Shown: positions 40,032 through 51,256, counted from the stretch's first letter. The stretch: DNA of 64,000 bases from Rubripirellula sp. (GCA_965216875.1 OZ244207.1:5056001-5120000); one strand, 5' to 3'. Notes: generated by a model not told the origin, from the sequence alone. Made by a program: numbers and translations.

Positions 40032-41615
40032 CTAGCGGCCCGGTCGTAACAGGACCGGCAATCCGAAGATATCGCGGAACAATCCCGAGTTCTCACGCAT
40101 CGAGATCTGTTCGAGCGAAACATCGTCAACGCCCGGCACATTGATTGCCAAGCGTTTGCCTTCACGCACACATTCGATTTCGCGAATGCGCCCGCTACGC
40201 GTGTCATCAAGCGAGATAGCGAGTCGCAAAATGGCAGCCAATTTCGAAACCACAACGCGTTCTTCCTGTGGCAACGTTCCGTATCCATCATGCGATGGCT
40301 GCGGGTAGGCGCGGCGATGGTACCGCACCACGAGGCCAACGTTCAGAAGCTCAGCACGAGACAAACCAAACAGTTCACTGTTTCGAATCAAGTAAAGCGC
40401 GTGTTTGTGATTGCTGCGAGTGTTGACGATCAACCCGATCTCGTGAAGCAACGCAGCCACAAACAGAATCACTTCGTGGCGACTATCAAGGCCATGTTCG
40501 TCGCGCAATTGGTCGAAAAGTTTATGAGCAAGTTCGGCAACGTTGCGGGCGTGGTTTTCGTCAAAATCAAATTTACGGCCAAGCGTCAGTGCGGAACGCA
40601 CGATTTGATTGCGAAACTCTTCAGTCCAACTGCCGCCGACCGCCATGTCGTGCAACAAACCGTCACGCAAGTTCGTGTCGCAGACATAGACGTGTGGCAA
40701 ATCAAAATGCTGTGCCAGCATCGTGTAGGCAAGAATCGCCGGTGCCAACGTTTCCGCTTCGATAAAGCTTGCCCCATACTTTTTGACGATCCCATCATCA
40801 TCGAGCGACAAGACTTCATCAGTGAACCGGGCCAGTTTTTCGGTTGGGAGCTCGGCGAGCGATGCGCCGTCCCAATCGCGCAACAAACGACGAGCAGCCA
40901 AGCGAACATCACCGCCAAGGGCAACCAAGTGGATGGGCGTGCTGCGATCGACAAACGCACCAATCTGGACGAGCGTTCGGCGAATGTGACTTTCAAGCAT
41001 CGATCGGCGACGCGTTCGATTCGTGCGAGCGGAATCGAGCGTCTTCAACAATCGCAACGATCCAAGCCGAAACGTTTGGCTGTGCAACACATTGCCGCCG
41101 CGGATCACCAACAGTTCCGTGCTGCCGCCACCCACCTCGACGACCACCGCTTTGCCGTCAGCCAATTCGTCATGGCCAAGCAAATGGGGCGTGACGCCCA
41201 TGTAGGTGACACGGTTGACTTCCGCTTCATCAATGGGATCGACGTTGAAGCCCGTTGCGATGAACACCCGGTCGGCAAACGCCAAACGGTTACTCGCTTC
41301 GCGCACGGCCGATGTCGCGACCACTCGCACGTCTTCGGACGAAGTGATTCCGTATTCCTGCAGCACCCGTCGGTAGCGCTGCAGAACACCAATCGCTTTT
41401 TCGATGCTCTTGCGAGACAAGCGACGCGTCTCAAATGCCTCGCGTCCCAAATCGACCGACTGCACCAAGGTGTCAAGCGTGCGAACTTCACCGCCAGCAT
41501 GGATTTCGGCGATTTCCATTCGAATGCTCGTCGCGCCAATATCGATCACCGCCACGACTCGCGGGCCAACCGATGCGGTCGAGGAAAGAGAGGGATGCGG
41601 AATGGACTGCGACAT
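40032..41615 (-). CDS. ppx: Ppx/GppA phosphatase with HD domain
   Basis: VIDIGATSIR, VATSAVREA, EVGGGSTE, LRDG and AALLHEIG. Confidence 0.9.
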   Translation of the reverse strand: MSQSIPHPSLSSTASVGPRVVAVIDIGATSIRMEIAEIHAGGEVRTLDTLVQSVDLGREAFETRRLSRKSIEKAIGVLQRYRRVLQEYGITSSEDVRVVATSAVREASNRLAFADRVFIATGFNVDPIDEAEVNRVTYMGVTPHLLGHDELADGKAVVVEVGGGSTELLVIRGGNVLHSQTFRLGSLRLLKTLDSARTNRTRRRSMLESHIRRTLVQIGAFVDRSTPIHLVALGGDVRLAARRLLRDWDGASLAELPTEKLARFTDEVLSLDDDGIVKKYGASFIEAETLAPAILAYTMLAQHFDLPHVYVCDTNLRDGLLHDMAVGGSWTEEFRNQIVRSALTLGRKFDFDENHARNVAELAHKLFDQLRDEHGLDSRHEVILFVAALLHEIGLIVNTRSNHKHALYLIRNSELFGLSRAELLNVGLVVRYHRRAYPQPSHDGYGTLPQEERVVVSKLAAILRLAISLDDTRSGRIREIECVREGKRLAINVPGVDDVSLEQISMRENSGLFRDIFGLPVLLRPGR

Positions 41616-41777
41616 TGATTCTCGCGCGTGAACAGTTCGTAAATGAATCGAGTGAGATTGGCCGACCAGGACCTTTCATCATATCGGCTTACGGCTCCGA
41701 ACCCCAAGACAGGATTAGCTCCAGAATCGCCGGTTTCACGCGAATCGGCGGTAAATATCGGCATCCCGGCAATCGGT

Positions 41778-41911
41778 GCAGGGCGAATTAAGGAGCGTCA
41801 GCGACGCGGATCCGGCAGGATCCATGGCGGTGAGCCGCTGGCCGTCAGGCCTCGGGCCCTGCGCTGGTCCAAATCGCTCAAGGCCCGGCCGCTAACGCGA
41901 TCACGGCTCAC
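41778..41911. repeat. Degenerate family E (41778-41816) and C-variant doublet (41830-41911)
   Basis: aaggagcgtcagcgacgcggatccggc; doublet arms match 29357-29448 inverted. Confidence 0.85.
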
Positions 41912-41933
41912 ACAGAATCGCAGCCTCTGCCGG

Positions 41934-42866
41934 CTACGTCGAAGGGGCCGAATTCCGTGACCAATAAACTGCCAACATCGTTCCCGTCAGCATGCAACCG
42001 AAGGTGTAGGCCGCGGTCGGAATGGTTGCGACCGTGTCGGGTCCGTGAAGCGAAACCGCCAATGCCGTTCCTAGCCCGGCGTTCTGCATCCCAACTTCAA
42101 GTGTCAACGCACGCTGGTAACGCTCCGGCAATCCGGCACCGCGCGCCACGAGGTTGCCAGCCAAGTACCCGATGAGGTTGATCATCAACAACGCCAACAA
42201 CATCACCAAAGCGACTTCGAACAATCGGTCGCGATTGCCAGCGACAACGCCAGCGATGATCCAAAGCAGCGCGACCGAGGCGATCGCCGGCGACAGTTTG
42301 TCGGAAAGGGACCGCAGTCGCTGTGTCCGCTTGGCGAGAAAATAGCCCGCGATGGTTGGCACAACCACACAAAGAAAAAGCCGCAGTGAAATCCACCACA
42401 GCGGTTTGTCAGCGGTTTGCGACGTCACCACCCACAGAACGCTCGGAACGGTGATGGGCGAAAGGATGGTCGCCACCGCAGTCAGACTCACCGAATAGGC
42501 AACGCTGCCGCCAGCCGTATGCGTCAACACGTTCGAAGCCATCGCGCCCGGCACGCAACCGACCAAGATCACTCCCGAGGCGAGTTCGGGCGACATCGGA
42601 ACGACTTGAACAACGATCCAAGCTGCCGCAGGCATCGCCAAGACTTGTGCGAAAACACCCAACACAACCCACCAAGGATGGCGTCGAAGCGGTTGCAACT
42701 CTTCCGAACGGACAAGTGTGCCAAGCGAAAACATGGTCACCACAATCAACGACCAGAGCAGAGCAGGGGAGGTGCGAAAGGGATCCACCCCAAACCGCTC
42801 GGTCGGCCAAAGCAGTGCCGCTCCCGAGGAAACGATCAACAGCAACAAGAGCCAATACGATTTCAT
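41934..42866 (-). CDS. Bile acid:sodium symporter family transporter
   Basis: GVILVGCVPGAMASNV and LEVGMQNAGL. Confidence 0.9.
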   Translation of the reverse strand: MKSYWLLLLLIVSSGAALLWPTERFGVDPFRTSPALLWSLIVVTMFSLGTLVRSEELQPLRRHPWWVVLGVFAQVLAMPAAAWIVVQVVPMSPELASGVILVGCVPGAMASNVLTHTAGGSVAYSVSLTAVATILSPITVPSVLWVVTSQTADKPLWWISLRLFLCVVVPTIAGYFLAKRTQRLRSLSDKLSPAIASVALLWIIAGVVAGNRDRLFEVALVMLLALLMINLIGYLAGNLVARGAGLPERYQRALTLEVGMQNAGLGTALAVSLHGPDTVATIPTAAYTFGCMLTGTMLAVYWSRNSAPST

Positions 42867-42881
42867 CTCTTGTTGAACCCG

Positions 42882-43544
42882 CTAAACCGCCACGGGAAAA
42901 CCGAATTGATCGAGCGCTCGATCGGCTTGTTCGCCACCGAAGCATTCCACCGCATGCCATCCACGCTGCTTGGCTGCTGCCACGTTTTCGGGTTTGTCAT
43001 CCAGAAACAAAATGGCCGGGGCTTGTTTTCCGGTCACGCGGGCTGCCTCCGCTTCGGCGAATGCATAGATGCCGCCGTCAGGCTTCATCGACTTGACCTC
43101 GCAGCTTAGCACGACCGACTGAAAGTCTCCCTGCATCACACCGTACGATTGTCGCTGAATCCAATCCCAATGCGCAAAGCATGTGTTCGACAAAACTCCC
43201 ACCGCTCGCCCCGAGCGACGAACGCGGTCAATCGTGTCGGCCATCGATTCGATCGGTGTGAACATGGCACTGATCGCATCAAGAATCTGCGCGTCGGCAA
43301 TTTGCGACGCGTCGATACCAAACCGCTCACGTACTGCCCGTGCGTATTCGTCGCCGGTGACATGCCCGGTTTCAAAACGATCCTGCAATCCACTTTCGTA
43401 GATCGCCGCTTTCGCCCCTTCGACCGTGATGTCGCAACAAGCTGCCAGATTCCGACACGCGATCTCGGGATCAAACGCAACCAACAAGTTGCCCAGATCA
43501 AAGTAGACAAAATCGATCGCGATCTCCTGGTCCTCCACCGACAT
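42882..43544 (-). CDS. HAD-superfamily hydrolase (YihX-like)
   Basis: FDLGNLL, LSNT, KPD and FLDD..ENV. Confidence 0.88.
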   Translation of the reverse strand: MSVEDQEIAIDFVYFDLGNLLVAFDPEIACRNLAACCDITVEGAKAAIYESGLQDRFETGHVTGDEYARAVRERFGIDASQIADAQILDAISAMFTPIESMADTIDRVRRSGRAVGVLSNTCFAHWDWIQRQSYGVMQGDFQSVVLSCEVKSMKPDGGIYAFAEAEAARVTGKQAPAILFLDDKPENVAAAKQRGWHAVECFGGEQADRALDQFGFPVAV

Positions 43545-43607
43545 CTCTCCTTGAGGTTTCTCGTTTGTTATCTCGTCGAGCGGCTTCTGCCGAGTTAACC
43601 GCTTTCC

Positions 43608-43683
43608 GTAGCTACCTTCGCCAGACGGTGGGACGCGCACAGTGACCGCCACCGTCACACCACGCTCTGGCGAGCGTAGCTAC
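43608..43683. repeat. Family D REP doublet
   Basis: gtagctaccttcgccagacggtgg...ccacgctctggcgagcgtagctac. Confidence 0.9.
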
Positions 43684-43707
43684 AACGTCTCGGCACGACG
43701 AACTGAT

Positions 43708-44346
43708 TCAAAGTTTGCGAATTCGAAGATTGCGATACCAAGCTTCCGCTGGTTTGCCGCTATGAATCTGCAAGCCGATGATGCCGGTGGCCGGAATAGA
43801 TTCGTCCTCTTCGACATATTCGACCGTCCGCTCGCCGTTGACGTAGACCTCAAGCCGATTCCCCTTGCAGATCAATCGCATTTGATTCCAGCCGTCTTGC
43901 TTGACGAGTTTGAGGGCATGTTCTTTATTCGGTTCCACCAGCATCTTGCGGCGGCGCGATTCGTCGTAAATCGCTCCCCAGACCGGCCGATCCCACGCCA
44001 TCCCGATATCCATCTGATAGCCCGACACTTCGCTGCTGTCGGGAATGCGTTTGGAACGGAATTGGACGCCCGCGTTCTTTCCTTCGCCAACGAGCTTGGC
44101 TTCGAGCCTCAATTCAAAGTCACCGAACTGCTCTTTGGTGCACAGAAACTCGTTGTGGGGAATCTTTTTTTCGAGCGAACCAGCGACGATCGCACCATCC
44201 TGGACCCGGAACCAGTCGTCGTTCCCCTCCCACCCCTCAAGCGATTTGCCGTCGAACAGGCTCACCGCGTGTTTGTCAAAATCGTCTGAATAGGCAGTTG
44301 CGGCAACGGCGACCACCATCAAGCTGGCAAGAATTGGTCGAAACAT
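43708..44346 (-). CDS. Secreted DUF1080 (3-keto-disaccharide hydrolase-like) protein
   Basis: Signal peptide; SLFDGKSLEGW, NAGVQFRS, GYQMD, GWN, GIIGLQIH and YRNLRI. Confidence 0.9.
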   Translation of the reverse strand: MFRPILASLMVVAVAATAYSDDFDKHAVSLFDGKSLEGWEGNDDWFRVQDGAIVAGSLEKKIPHNEFLCTKEQFGDFELRLEAKLVGEGKNAGVQFRSKRIPDSSEVSGYQMDIGMAWDRPVWGAIYDESRRRKMLVEPNKEHALKLVKQDGWNQMRLICKGNRLEVYVNGERTVEYVEEDESIPATGIIGLQIHSGKPAEAWYRNLRIRKL

Positions 44347-44565
44347 CTCGATCCTTTTTTTCGAAAAACCGTGTTCAGTCACGAACATCATGCGGCCGAA
44401 ATACCTCCGGTGCTGGTGGTTGCCCCAAGCGTTTTTTGACAACGCGACGTGTGTCAAAGGTGCCTGGGATATTCCAAACCGCGCCGCACGATCATAATCA
44501 TTCCCGATTCCTCTCGCCCCCTCCTGGGTTCGAATCGAATAGCCCCCCGCCGAAATGAATTGTCG

Positions 44566-46245
44566 ATGAACCAGCCACTGAACAAATACAGCAGCAAAAT
44601 CACCCAACCGAAAAGCCAAGGTGCCTCGCAGGCCATGCTTTATGCCACCGGGATGACCCCCGAGGACATGGACAAGGCCCAGGTCGGAATCGCCAGCGTC
44701 TGGTACGAGGGAAATAGCTGCAACATGCACCTGTTGGACTTGGCCGGCGAAGTCAAAAAGGGCGTCACCGAGTCAGGCTTGGTCGGAATGCGGTTCAACA
44801 CCATCGGCGTCAGCGACGGCATCTCGATGGGCACCGACGGGATGAGCTACTCGTTGCAGAGTCGTGACCTGATCGCCGATTCGATCGAAACGATCATGGG
44901 TGCCCAATGGTACGACGGACTGATCACGTTGCCCGGCTGTGACAAAAACATGCCCGGCTGTTTGATTGCGATGGGCCGTCTGAACCGTCCTGCCTTGATG
45001 GTCTACGGCGGCACGATCAAACCGGGCAGCTACCGCGACGAAAAACTTGATATCGTCAGCGCGTTCCAATGCTACGGCCAATTCATCGCGGGTCAGATCA
45101 GCGAAGAGGAACGCCAAGAAATCGTTCGGCGCAGTTGCCCCGGCGCTGGAGCCTGTGGCGGGATGTACACCGCCAATACGATGGCGACCGCGATTGAAGC
45201 CCTGGGCATGGCGCTGCCTTATTCGGCGAGTATTCCCGCCGAAGACCCTGACAAAGTGAATGAATGCCATCGGGCCGGCGCCGCGATCCTTGAACTATTG
45301 AAAGCCGACATCAAACCTCGCGACATCATGACGCGAACCGCATTCGAGAATGCAATGGTGACCGTGATGGCACTTGGTGGCAGCACCAACGCCGTGCTGC
45401 ACTTGATTGCGATGGCCCGCGCCGTCGATGTCGACCTCGGCATCGAAGACTTCCAATCGGTCAGCGACCGTATCCCGTATTTGGCCGACCTCAAGCCAAG
45501 CGGAAAGTTTGTCCAAGAAGACTTGCACTCGATCGGCGGAACGCCTGCCGTGATGAAGTACTTGCTCGAAAACGGACTGATGGACGGTTCCTGTTTGACG
45601 GTGACCGGCAAAACGCTCGCCGAAAACTTGGAAGCGGTCCCAGGATTGAAAGAAGGACAATCGATCGTTCAACCGATCGACAAACCAATCAAATCATCGG
45701 GTCACATTCGCATCCTCAAAGGATCGCTTGCCCCCGAAGGTGCCGTTGCAAAGATCACCGGCAAAGAAGGTCTTCAATTCACCGGCCCCGCGCGTTGTTT
45801 CGATAGCGAAGAAGACATGCTCGCGGCTCTCGAGCAAAAGAAGATTCAAAAGGGCGACGTCGTGGTCATCCGCTACGAAGGCCCCAAAGGCGGCCCAGGC
45901 ATGCCTGAAATGTTGACCCCCACCAGCGCGATCATGGGCGCAGGCCTTGGCTCGGATGTGGCGATGTTGACCGATGGCCGATTCTCGGGTGGCAGTCATG
46001 GATTCATCGTCGGCCACATCACACCCGAAGCCCAAGTCGGCGGACCGCTCGGGTTGCTGCAAGATGGCGACATGGTCACGATCGACGCCGAAACCAACCG
46101 GCTTGATGTCGACGTCAGCGAAGCGGACTTGAATGCTCGTCAAGCGAACTGGACCGCACCGCCTCTGAAGGCGACCAAAGGCACGCTTTACAAGTACATC
46201 AAGAACGTCAAGAGCGCAAGCGAAGGCTGCGTGACCGACGAGTGA
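44566..46245 (+). CDS. ilvD: Dihydroxy-acid dehydratase
   Basis: [56 protein letters not shown] and TDGRFSG. Confidence 0.97.
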   Translation: MNQPLNKYSSKITQPKSQGASQAMLYATGMTPEDMDKAQVGIASVWYEGNSCNMHLLDLAGEVKKGVTESGLVGMRFNTIGVSDGISMGTDGMSYSLQSRDLIADSIETIMGAQWYDGLITLPGCDKNMPGCLIAMGRLNRPALMVYGGTIKPGSYRDEKLDIVSAFQCYGQFIAGQISEEERQEIVRRSCPGAGACGGMYTANTMATAIEALGMALPYSASIPAEDPDKVNECHRAGAAILELLKADIKPRDIMTRTAFENAMVTVMALGGSTNAVLHLIAMARAVDVDLGIEDFQSVSDRIPYLADLKPSGKFVQEDLHSIGGTPAVMKYLLENGLMDGSCLTVTGKTLAENLEAVPGLKEGQSIVQPIDKPIKSSGHIRILKGSLAPEGAVAKITGKEGLQFTGPARCFDSEEDMLAALEQKKIQKGDVVVIRYEGPKGGPGMPEMLTPTSAIMGAGLGSDVAMLTDGRFSGGSHGFIVGHITPEAQVGGPLGLLQDGDMVTIDAETNRLDVDVSEADLNARQANWTAPPLKATKGTLYKYIKNVKSASEGCVTDE

Positions 46246-46258
46246 TTCGGCATTGCCC

Positions 46259-46288
46259 GTGAGCCGCTGGCCGTAAGGCCTCGGTCCT
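46259..46288. repeat. Single C-variant REP arm between convergent genes
   Basis: gtgagccgctggccgtaaggcctcgg matches 41830. Confidence 0.8.
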
Positions 46289-46364
46289 TTACCGGCAACT
46301 AGGTTTAGGCCCAATCGCTTACCGGTTGGTGCTTTGCCTCGAATCGTAAAGCGGACGTAGCCTG

Positions 46365-47822
46365 TTACGCCAGAAGATCTTTGACCACGTGGCCGTGCAC
46401 ATCGGTAAGTCGATAGTCGCGGCCTTGGAATCGGTAGGTCAACCGTTCGTGGTCGAAGCCCAACAGGTGCATGATCGTGGCTTGCAAGTCATGAACGTGA
46501 ACCGGTTTTTCCGCAACGTTGAAACCGAGTTCATCGGAGCTGCCATATTCGAATCCGCCTTTGACGCCGCCACCGGCCATCCACATCGTGAACGCGTCGG
46601 GGTAGTGGTCGCGGCCCAGCACTTTGCTTTTTGCAGTGCGGCCTTCGCGGAAAGGCGTGCGTCCGAATTCGCCGCCCCAAACGATCAAGGTGTCTTCAAA
46701 CAAACCGCGGTCTTTCAAGTCTTGAATCAAAGCGGCAATCGGCTTGTCCATCGACGCACACTTTTGCGTCAGCCCGTCGGTGATGCCAGTGTTCGGGTTG
46801 GTCCCATGGAAGTCCCAGCCCCAATCGAACAACTGAACAAAGCGAACGCCTGATTCGACCAAACGTCGCGCGAGCAAACAGTTGTTGGCGAGGCTCGATC
46901 CGCCCGGCGTCGCACCATACGCTTCGATCGTCTTTTGTGACTCTTGTGAAATGTCCATCACTTCAGGAACAGCGGTCTGCATGCGGAACGCAAGCTCGTA
47001 CTGACTGATGCGGGTCAGCGTTTCTGGGTGTCCCATCTCATCGGCTTGGATCTCGTTAAGATCCTTCAGCGCATCCAGGCTCATCCGGCGCAAGTCGCGG
47101 TTCATGCCGGGCGGGTCGGACGAATAAAGGACGGGGTCTCCCTTCGATCGACACTGAACACCCTGGTAGACCGACGGCAGGAATCCACTTCCGAAGGAGT
47201 TCTTTCCGCCGTTGGGTTGAACGCCACTTGAAATCAGCACAACAAAGCCCGGCAGATTCTCATTTTCGCTGCCAAGCCCATACGTCACCCAAGATCCCAT
47301 CGAGGGGCGTCCCGATCGAGGCGAACCGGTGTAAACCAACAACTCGGCCGGTGCGTGATTGAATTGATCGGTGTGCATCGAATGCACCAAACACATGTCA
47401 TCGGCGATCTTGTGAAAGTTCGGAACCGCATCCGACATCCACATTCCGCTTTCGCCATGTTGTGACCATTTACGGGGCGAGCCCATCAACTTGGGCGTTC
47501 CGCTGGTGAAGGCAAACTCACGCCCCGCGATGAATTCGTCGGGACATTCTTGATCGCTTCGCTTCACCAATTCCGGTTTGTAATCGAACATGTCCAGGTT
47601 CGGCGGCGAACCGGTCATGTGCAAGTAGATCACACGTTTCGCTTTCGGCGCAAAGTGCGGTGGTTGTGGCGCAAGGGGATTCGCCATCGTTCTGTCCGAT
47701 TCGCCCGCGCGGGTTGAATCGGCAAGCAAACTACCCAAGGCAACGCCACCGATACCGGCAGTCGTTTGCTTGAGGAAGTGACGGCGAGTGTTCCAGCGGA
47801 GCTGTTCAAGTTTCAAGTTCAT
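46365..47822 (-). CDS. DUF1501 Tat-exported protein
   Basis: TRRHFLK; KAKRVIYLHM, ARRLVESGVRFVQ, WGGEFGRTP, GRDH and RLTDVHG. Confidence 0.93.
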   Translation of the reverse strand: MNLKLEQLRWNTRRHFLKQTTAGIGGVALGSLLADSTRAGESDRTMANPLAPQPPHFAPKAKRVIYLHMTGSPPNLDMFDYKPELVKRSDQECPDEFIAGREFAFTSGTPKLMGSPRKWSQHGESGMWMSDAVPNFHKIADDMCLVHSMHTDQFNHAPAELLVYTGSPRSGRPSMGSWVTYGLGSENENLPGFVVLISSGVQPNGGKNSFGSGFLPSVYQGVQCRSKGDPVLYSSDPPGMNRDLRRMSLDALKDLNEIQADEMGHPETLTRISQYELAFRMQTAVPEVMDISQESQKTIEAYGATPGGSSLANNCLLARRLVESGVRFVQLFDWGWDFHGTNPNTGITDGLTQKCASMDKPIAALIQDLKDRGLFEDTLIVWGGEFGRTPFREGRTAKSKVLGRDHYPDAFTMWMAGGGVKGGFEYGSSDELGFNVAEKPVHVHDLQATIMHLLGFDHERLTYRFQGRDYRLTDVHGHVVKDLLA

Positions 47823-47827
47823 CGCAC

Positions 47828-50800
47828 TCACCGTTTCATAAAGACTTCGTCGAGATTCAAGATCACGTTTCCAACGACCGTCCACGCGGCCGCTTCGGAA
47901 ACATCCGTTCCATCGGGAAGATCGCCAATCGGATCGGTCGCCATTTTCATGGCGGCTTCACGATCGGCTTGGAAGTGTTTGGTTACGTTCTGGACCAACC
48001 GAGCCAATCGTTGCTTTTCTTTGTCGTTGGGGTCTCGCACCAAACAGACGCGGTAGCCAGCTGTGATTCGCGCTTCGGCCGAATCTCCGCTTGCCATCAT
48101 GTGGCGGGCGAGCGACTGGGCCGCTTCGACATAGACGGGGTCATTCATCGTCACCAACGCCTGCAGCGGAGTGTTGGTGCGAATGCGACGCACCGTGCAA
48201 ACTTCGCGATTGGGCGCATCGAATTGAGCCATCGATGGATAGGGGCTCGAACGCCGCCAATTGGTGTAAATCCCGCGTCGGTAACGATCTTCGCCAGAAC
48301 TGGTTTTCCAGTCGGTCGCCGACCCGAAAGCCGCCTTCAAGCCGAGTTCAGGTTGGGGTGGTTTGACGGGCGGACCGTACATCTTGTCGCTTAGCAAACC
48401 CGATACGAACAACGCCTGATCGCGAACCATCTCGGCCGAAATACGGAACCGTGGACCACGAGCAAAGAAACGATTGAACGGGTCGTCTGCCAACATTTCG
48501 TGGCTTGCAACGCTGCTTTGTCGGTAGGTCGCCGACATCACCATTTGCTTCAACATCGCCTTCAGGTTCCAACCGTTTTCCTGAAGATCAACGGCCAGGT
48601 AATCGAGCAGCATTGGGTGCGAGGGCAACTCGCCCTGCGAACCGAATTCTTCACTCGTTTCGACGATCCCGACACCGAACATCTGTTCCCAATGCCGGTT
48701 CGCGATCACACGAGCCGTCAGCGGGTTTTCTTCATCAACGAGCCATTTTGCCAGGGCCATGCGGTCGGGTCGTTCATTCTTCGGTAACGAGTGAAACGCA
48801 GCGGGAGTCCCTTCATCCACTTCGTCGCCGGTGCTCAAGTAGTTGCCACGAAGCTGAACTTTCGTCACGCGATGTTGATCCGCTGGAAGGTCTCGCATCA
48901 CCGGCACGGTGGTCGATGGCTTCATTTGCTGAAGCTTCTTCTGGTAGCCTTCAAGTTCGCTGCGAGTCGCGTCGAGTTCGGGTGCGATCGATCGGTAGTA
49001 CGCGGCAAGCTTGTTGCGTTGCATCTCGTTGAGTTGATTCTTGTCCGTGCGAGCAATCTTTCGGATCGCCGCTGGCATCCGAACCCATTGAGCCGCATCT
49101 TCGTCAGCAGTCGCGGACAAGCGAAAGCGATCGAGCAAGTGTTCGCCATGCACCGAGTTCTGCTCGAGGCGAATGGTCAGCGTGCCCTCGTCAAAGTCTT
49201 GCACGTTTTGCATCAGCAACGTGAGCTCATGTGGCTTGCCGACTTGTCCGGCGACAGCCCAACCCTTTTTCAGGTCGGGTTTCGTTGCCACCACGGATTG
49301 AGCTGGAAAGCCAGATTGTTCGTAATCGGCAAAGGCAGCTTCAAAGTGCAAAGTGCGAATACCATTGAGAGCGAACGCTTCGCTCGGCTCGGGAACGTCT
49401 TCGGGCTCTTGCTCCCAAACGACTTCGCGATTGGCATCAAGCAACTGAACGCGGTAGCCCAACAACCGTGCTGGAATCGCAGCCGAACTGTCGGTTCGAT
49501 TCCAAATGACAACCTTGTCGATGGCCTTGCTTGAACCGAAGTCGATCTCGATCCACGGGTCATTCTCTTTCTTGGTGTGCGATGTCTTGTTGGCGTTGAA
49601 ATCGCCATCGGTGATTCCGTCGTTGACGAATTCCGCTTTACCACCGTAGTCTTCAGAGATCTGTTTGGCCGTTCCCTCGAGTGCGACGTTCTTGCCGTCA
49701 CTGAAGGCCTCGATCTCGGCGAGGTGAAGGAACTTCCCTGAACCGGGCAGTTCCACACGCACAAACTTTGCGTCGATACTCGTTCGACTCTTCGGCTTCC
49801 AGGATGCCGAAGCATGAGTCACGACGAAGTTGCTCGCCTGCTCCGCTCCAACATCAAGCTTCACACCAAGGAGTTTGCTTTTGGTTGTTGGAATCTCGAT
49901 TGTGTAGACATCGGTCTTGGCCTTTTCACCTTCGGCGTGAATCCAACCGTCATCTCCGATGACAAGCTTACGTCCTTTTGCGTTGGCGACCGAAGGCTTG
50001 AGCGAATTCCAGGTTGGCTCGCGTTGCAATTTCTTTGTCCAACTCGCCTGAGCCGCTTCGAGCTCGGGAGTTGAAGTGTTCAGGATCTTTTTGTGAGCAG
50101 CGATGAGCTCGGCGAGTTCAGCCTTTTCGGCATTTTGATCGTCCGTCCAAAGCGAAATGAATGGGCGTTCGTCTTTTTTGTCGGTGTCTTCTGTACTGTT
50201 AAAGAAGGCAAAGAACTTGAAGTACTCTTCCTGAGTGATCGGGTCGTACTTGTGCGTGTGACACTGGGCACACGCCATGGTCGTGCCCATCCAAACGGCC
50301 ATGGTCGTATTGACCCGATCGACAACCGCCACATTGCGAAACTCTTCGTCGTTCGTGCCACCTTCGTTGTTGGTCAACGTGTTGCGATGGAACGCGGTCG
50401 CGATCAGCTGTTCTTCGGTCGGGTTGTCGTACAAGTCACCCGCGATCTGTTCAATCGTGAATTGATCAAACGGCTTGTTGCTGTTGAGCGAACGAATCAC
50501 ATAGTCGCGGAATGACCAAATCGTGCGAGGCGGGTCGTCGGCGTACCCGGCGCTGTCGGCGTAGCGAGCGAGGTCCAACCAAACGCGTGCCCAGCGTTCA
50601 CCAAACGCGTTCTTGCCAAGCATCTTGTCAACGTAGCGTTCATAGGCGTCTTCGCGTTCGTCGTTGACAAAGGCCATCGCTTCAGCCCAGGTCGGCGGCA
50701 AACCGGTCAGGTCGAGTGCAACGCGTCGGGCAAGCACCAAACGATCGGCTTCAGGGGACGGCGTTAGCCCGCGTGCCTCGAGACGCGCCAAGACGAAATG

Positions 50801-51256
50801 GTCGATGGCGTTTTTTGGCCACGCGGTTTGTTTGACCTTGGGCAACGGTGGACGAATCGGCTTTTCATACGACCAGTGCTTTGCATAGTTGCCGCCCTGC
50901 TTGATCCACCGTCGAATCAGATCGATCTCTTCCTCGTTGAACCGCCGCCCCTTTCCGGCTGGCGGCATGCGAAGGTCTTCGTCATCGGACGTCAAACGAA
51001 GCATCAACTCGCTGTCGTCTGGGTCACCTGGATTGATCGCGGCATAACCACCAAGGTCTTCGCGCGAGCCTTCTTGAGTATCAAGACGCAGACCGGCTGC
51101 TCGCTCGGCTTCATCCGGGCCGTGGCAGGCAACACAACTGCTTGAAATCAGTGGGCGAATGTCACGGTTAAAGTCGATCGTCGGTTCATCCGCATGGATA
51201 GCGGTAACCAACAACGCGACAACGGCAAACGCTATCGGAACTTGGAATCGCAGCAT
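47828..51256 (-). CDS. Planctomycete cytochrome c / DUF1549 / DUF1553 protein with inserted lectin-like domain
   Basis: FNRDIRP..CVACHG; WLDLARYADS; CAQCHTHKYDP; NPLTARV; TNTPLQAL. Confidence 0.93.
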   Translation of the reverse strand: MLRFQVPIAFAVVALLVTAIHADEPTIDFNRDIRPLISSSCVACHGPDEAERAAGLRLDTQEGSREDLGGYAAINPGDPDDSELMLRLTSDDEDLRMPPAGKGRRFNEEEIDLIRRWIKQGGNYAKHWSYEKPIRPPLPKVKQTAWPKNAIDHFVLARLEARGLTPSPEADRLVLARRVALDLTGLPPTWAEAMAFVNDEREDAYERYVDKMLGKNAFGERWARVWLDLARYADSAGYADDPPRTIWSFRDYVIRSLNSNKPFDQFTIEQIAGDLYDNPTEEQLIATAFHRNTLTNNEGGTNDEEFRNVAVVDRVNTTMAVWMGTTMACAQCHTHKYDPITQEEYFKFFAFFNSTEDTDKKDERPFISLWTDDQNAEKAELAELIAAHKKILNTSTPELEAAQASWTKKLQREPTWNSLKPSVANAKGRKLVIGDDGWIHAEGEKAKTDVYTIEIPTTKSKLLGVKLDVGAEQASNFVVTHASASWKPKSRTSIDAKFVRVELPGSGKFLHLAEIEAFSDGKNVALEGTAKQISEDYGGKAEFVNDGITDGDFNANKTSHTKKENDPWIEIDFGSSKAIDKVVIWNRTDSSAAIPARLLGYRVQLLDANREVVWEQEPEDVPEPSEAFALNGIRTLHFEAAFADYEQSGFPAQSVVATKPDLKKGWAVAGQVGKPHELTLLMQNVQDFDEGTLTIRLEQNSVHGEHLLDRFRLSATADEDAAQWVRMPAAIRKIARTDKNQLNEMQRNKLAAYYRSIAPELDATRSELEGYQKKLQQMKPSTTVPVMRDLPADQHRVTKVQLRGNYLSTGDEVDEGTPAAFHSLPKNERPDRMALAKWLVDEENPLTARVIANRHWEQMFGVGIVETSEEFGSQGELPSHPMLLDYLAVDLQENGWNLKAMLKQMVMSATYRQSSVASHEMLADDPFNRFFARGPRFRISAEMVRDQALFVSGLLSDKMYGPPVKPPQPELGLKAAFGSATDWKTSSGEDRYRRGIYTNWRRSSPYPSMAQFDAPNREVCTVRRIRTNTPLQALVTMNDPVYVEAAQSLARHMMASGDSAEARITAGYRVCLVRDPNDKEKQRLARLVQNVTKHFQADREAAMKMATDPIGDLPDGTDVSEAAAWTVVGNVILNLDEVFMKR

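Noticed and set aside
43545..43658. N-terminal extension of the HAD ORF (PPSGEGSYG)
   Set aside because: It is the translation of a family D repeat; the same peptide appears in spurious ORFs at 6125 and 63424
44347..44730. Long upstream extension of the DUF1080 ORF overlapping ilvD
   Set aside because: The signal peptide begins at 44346; the extension is antisense to ilvD
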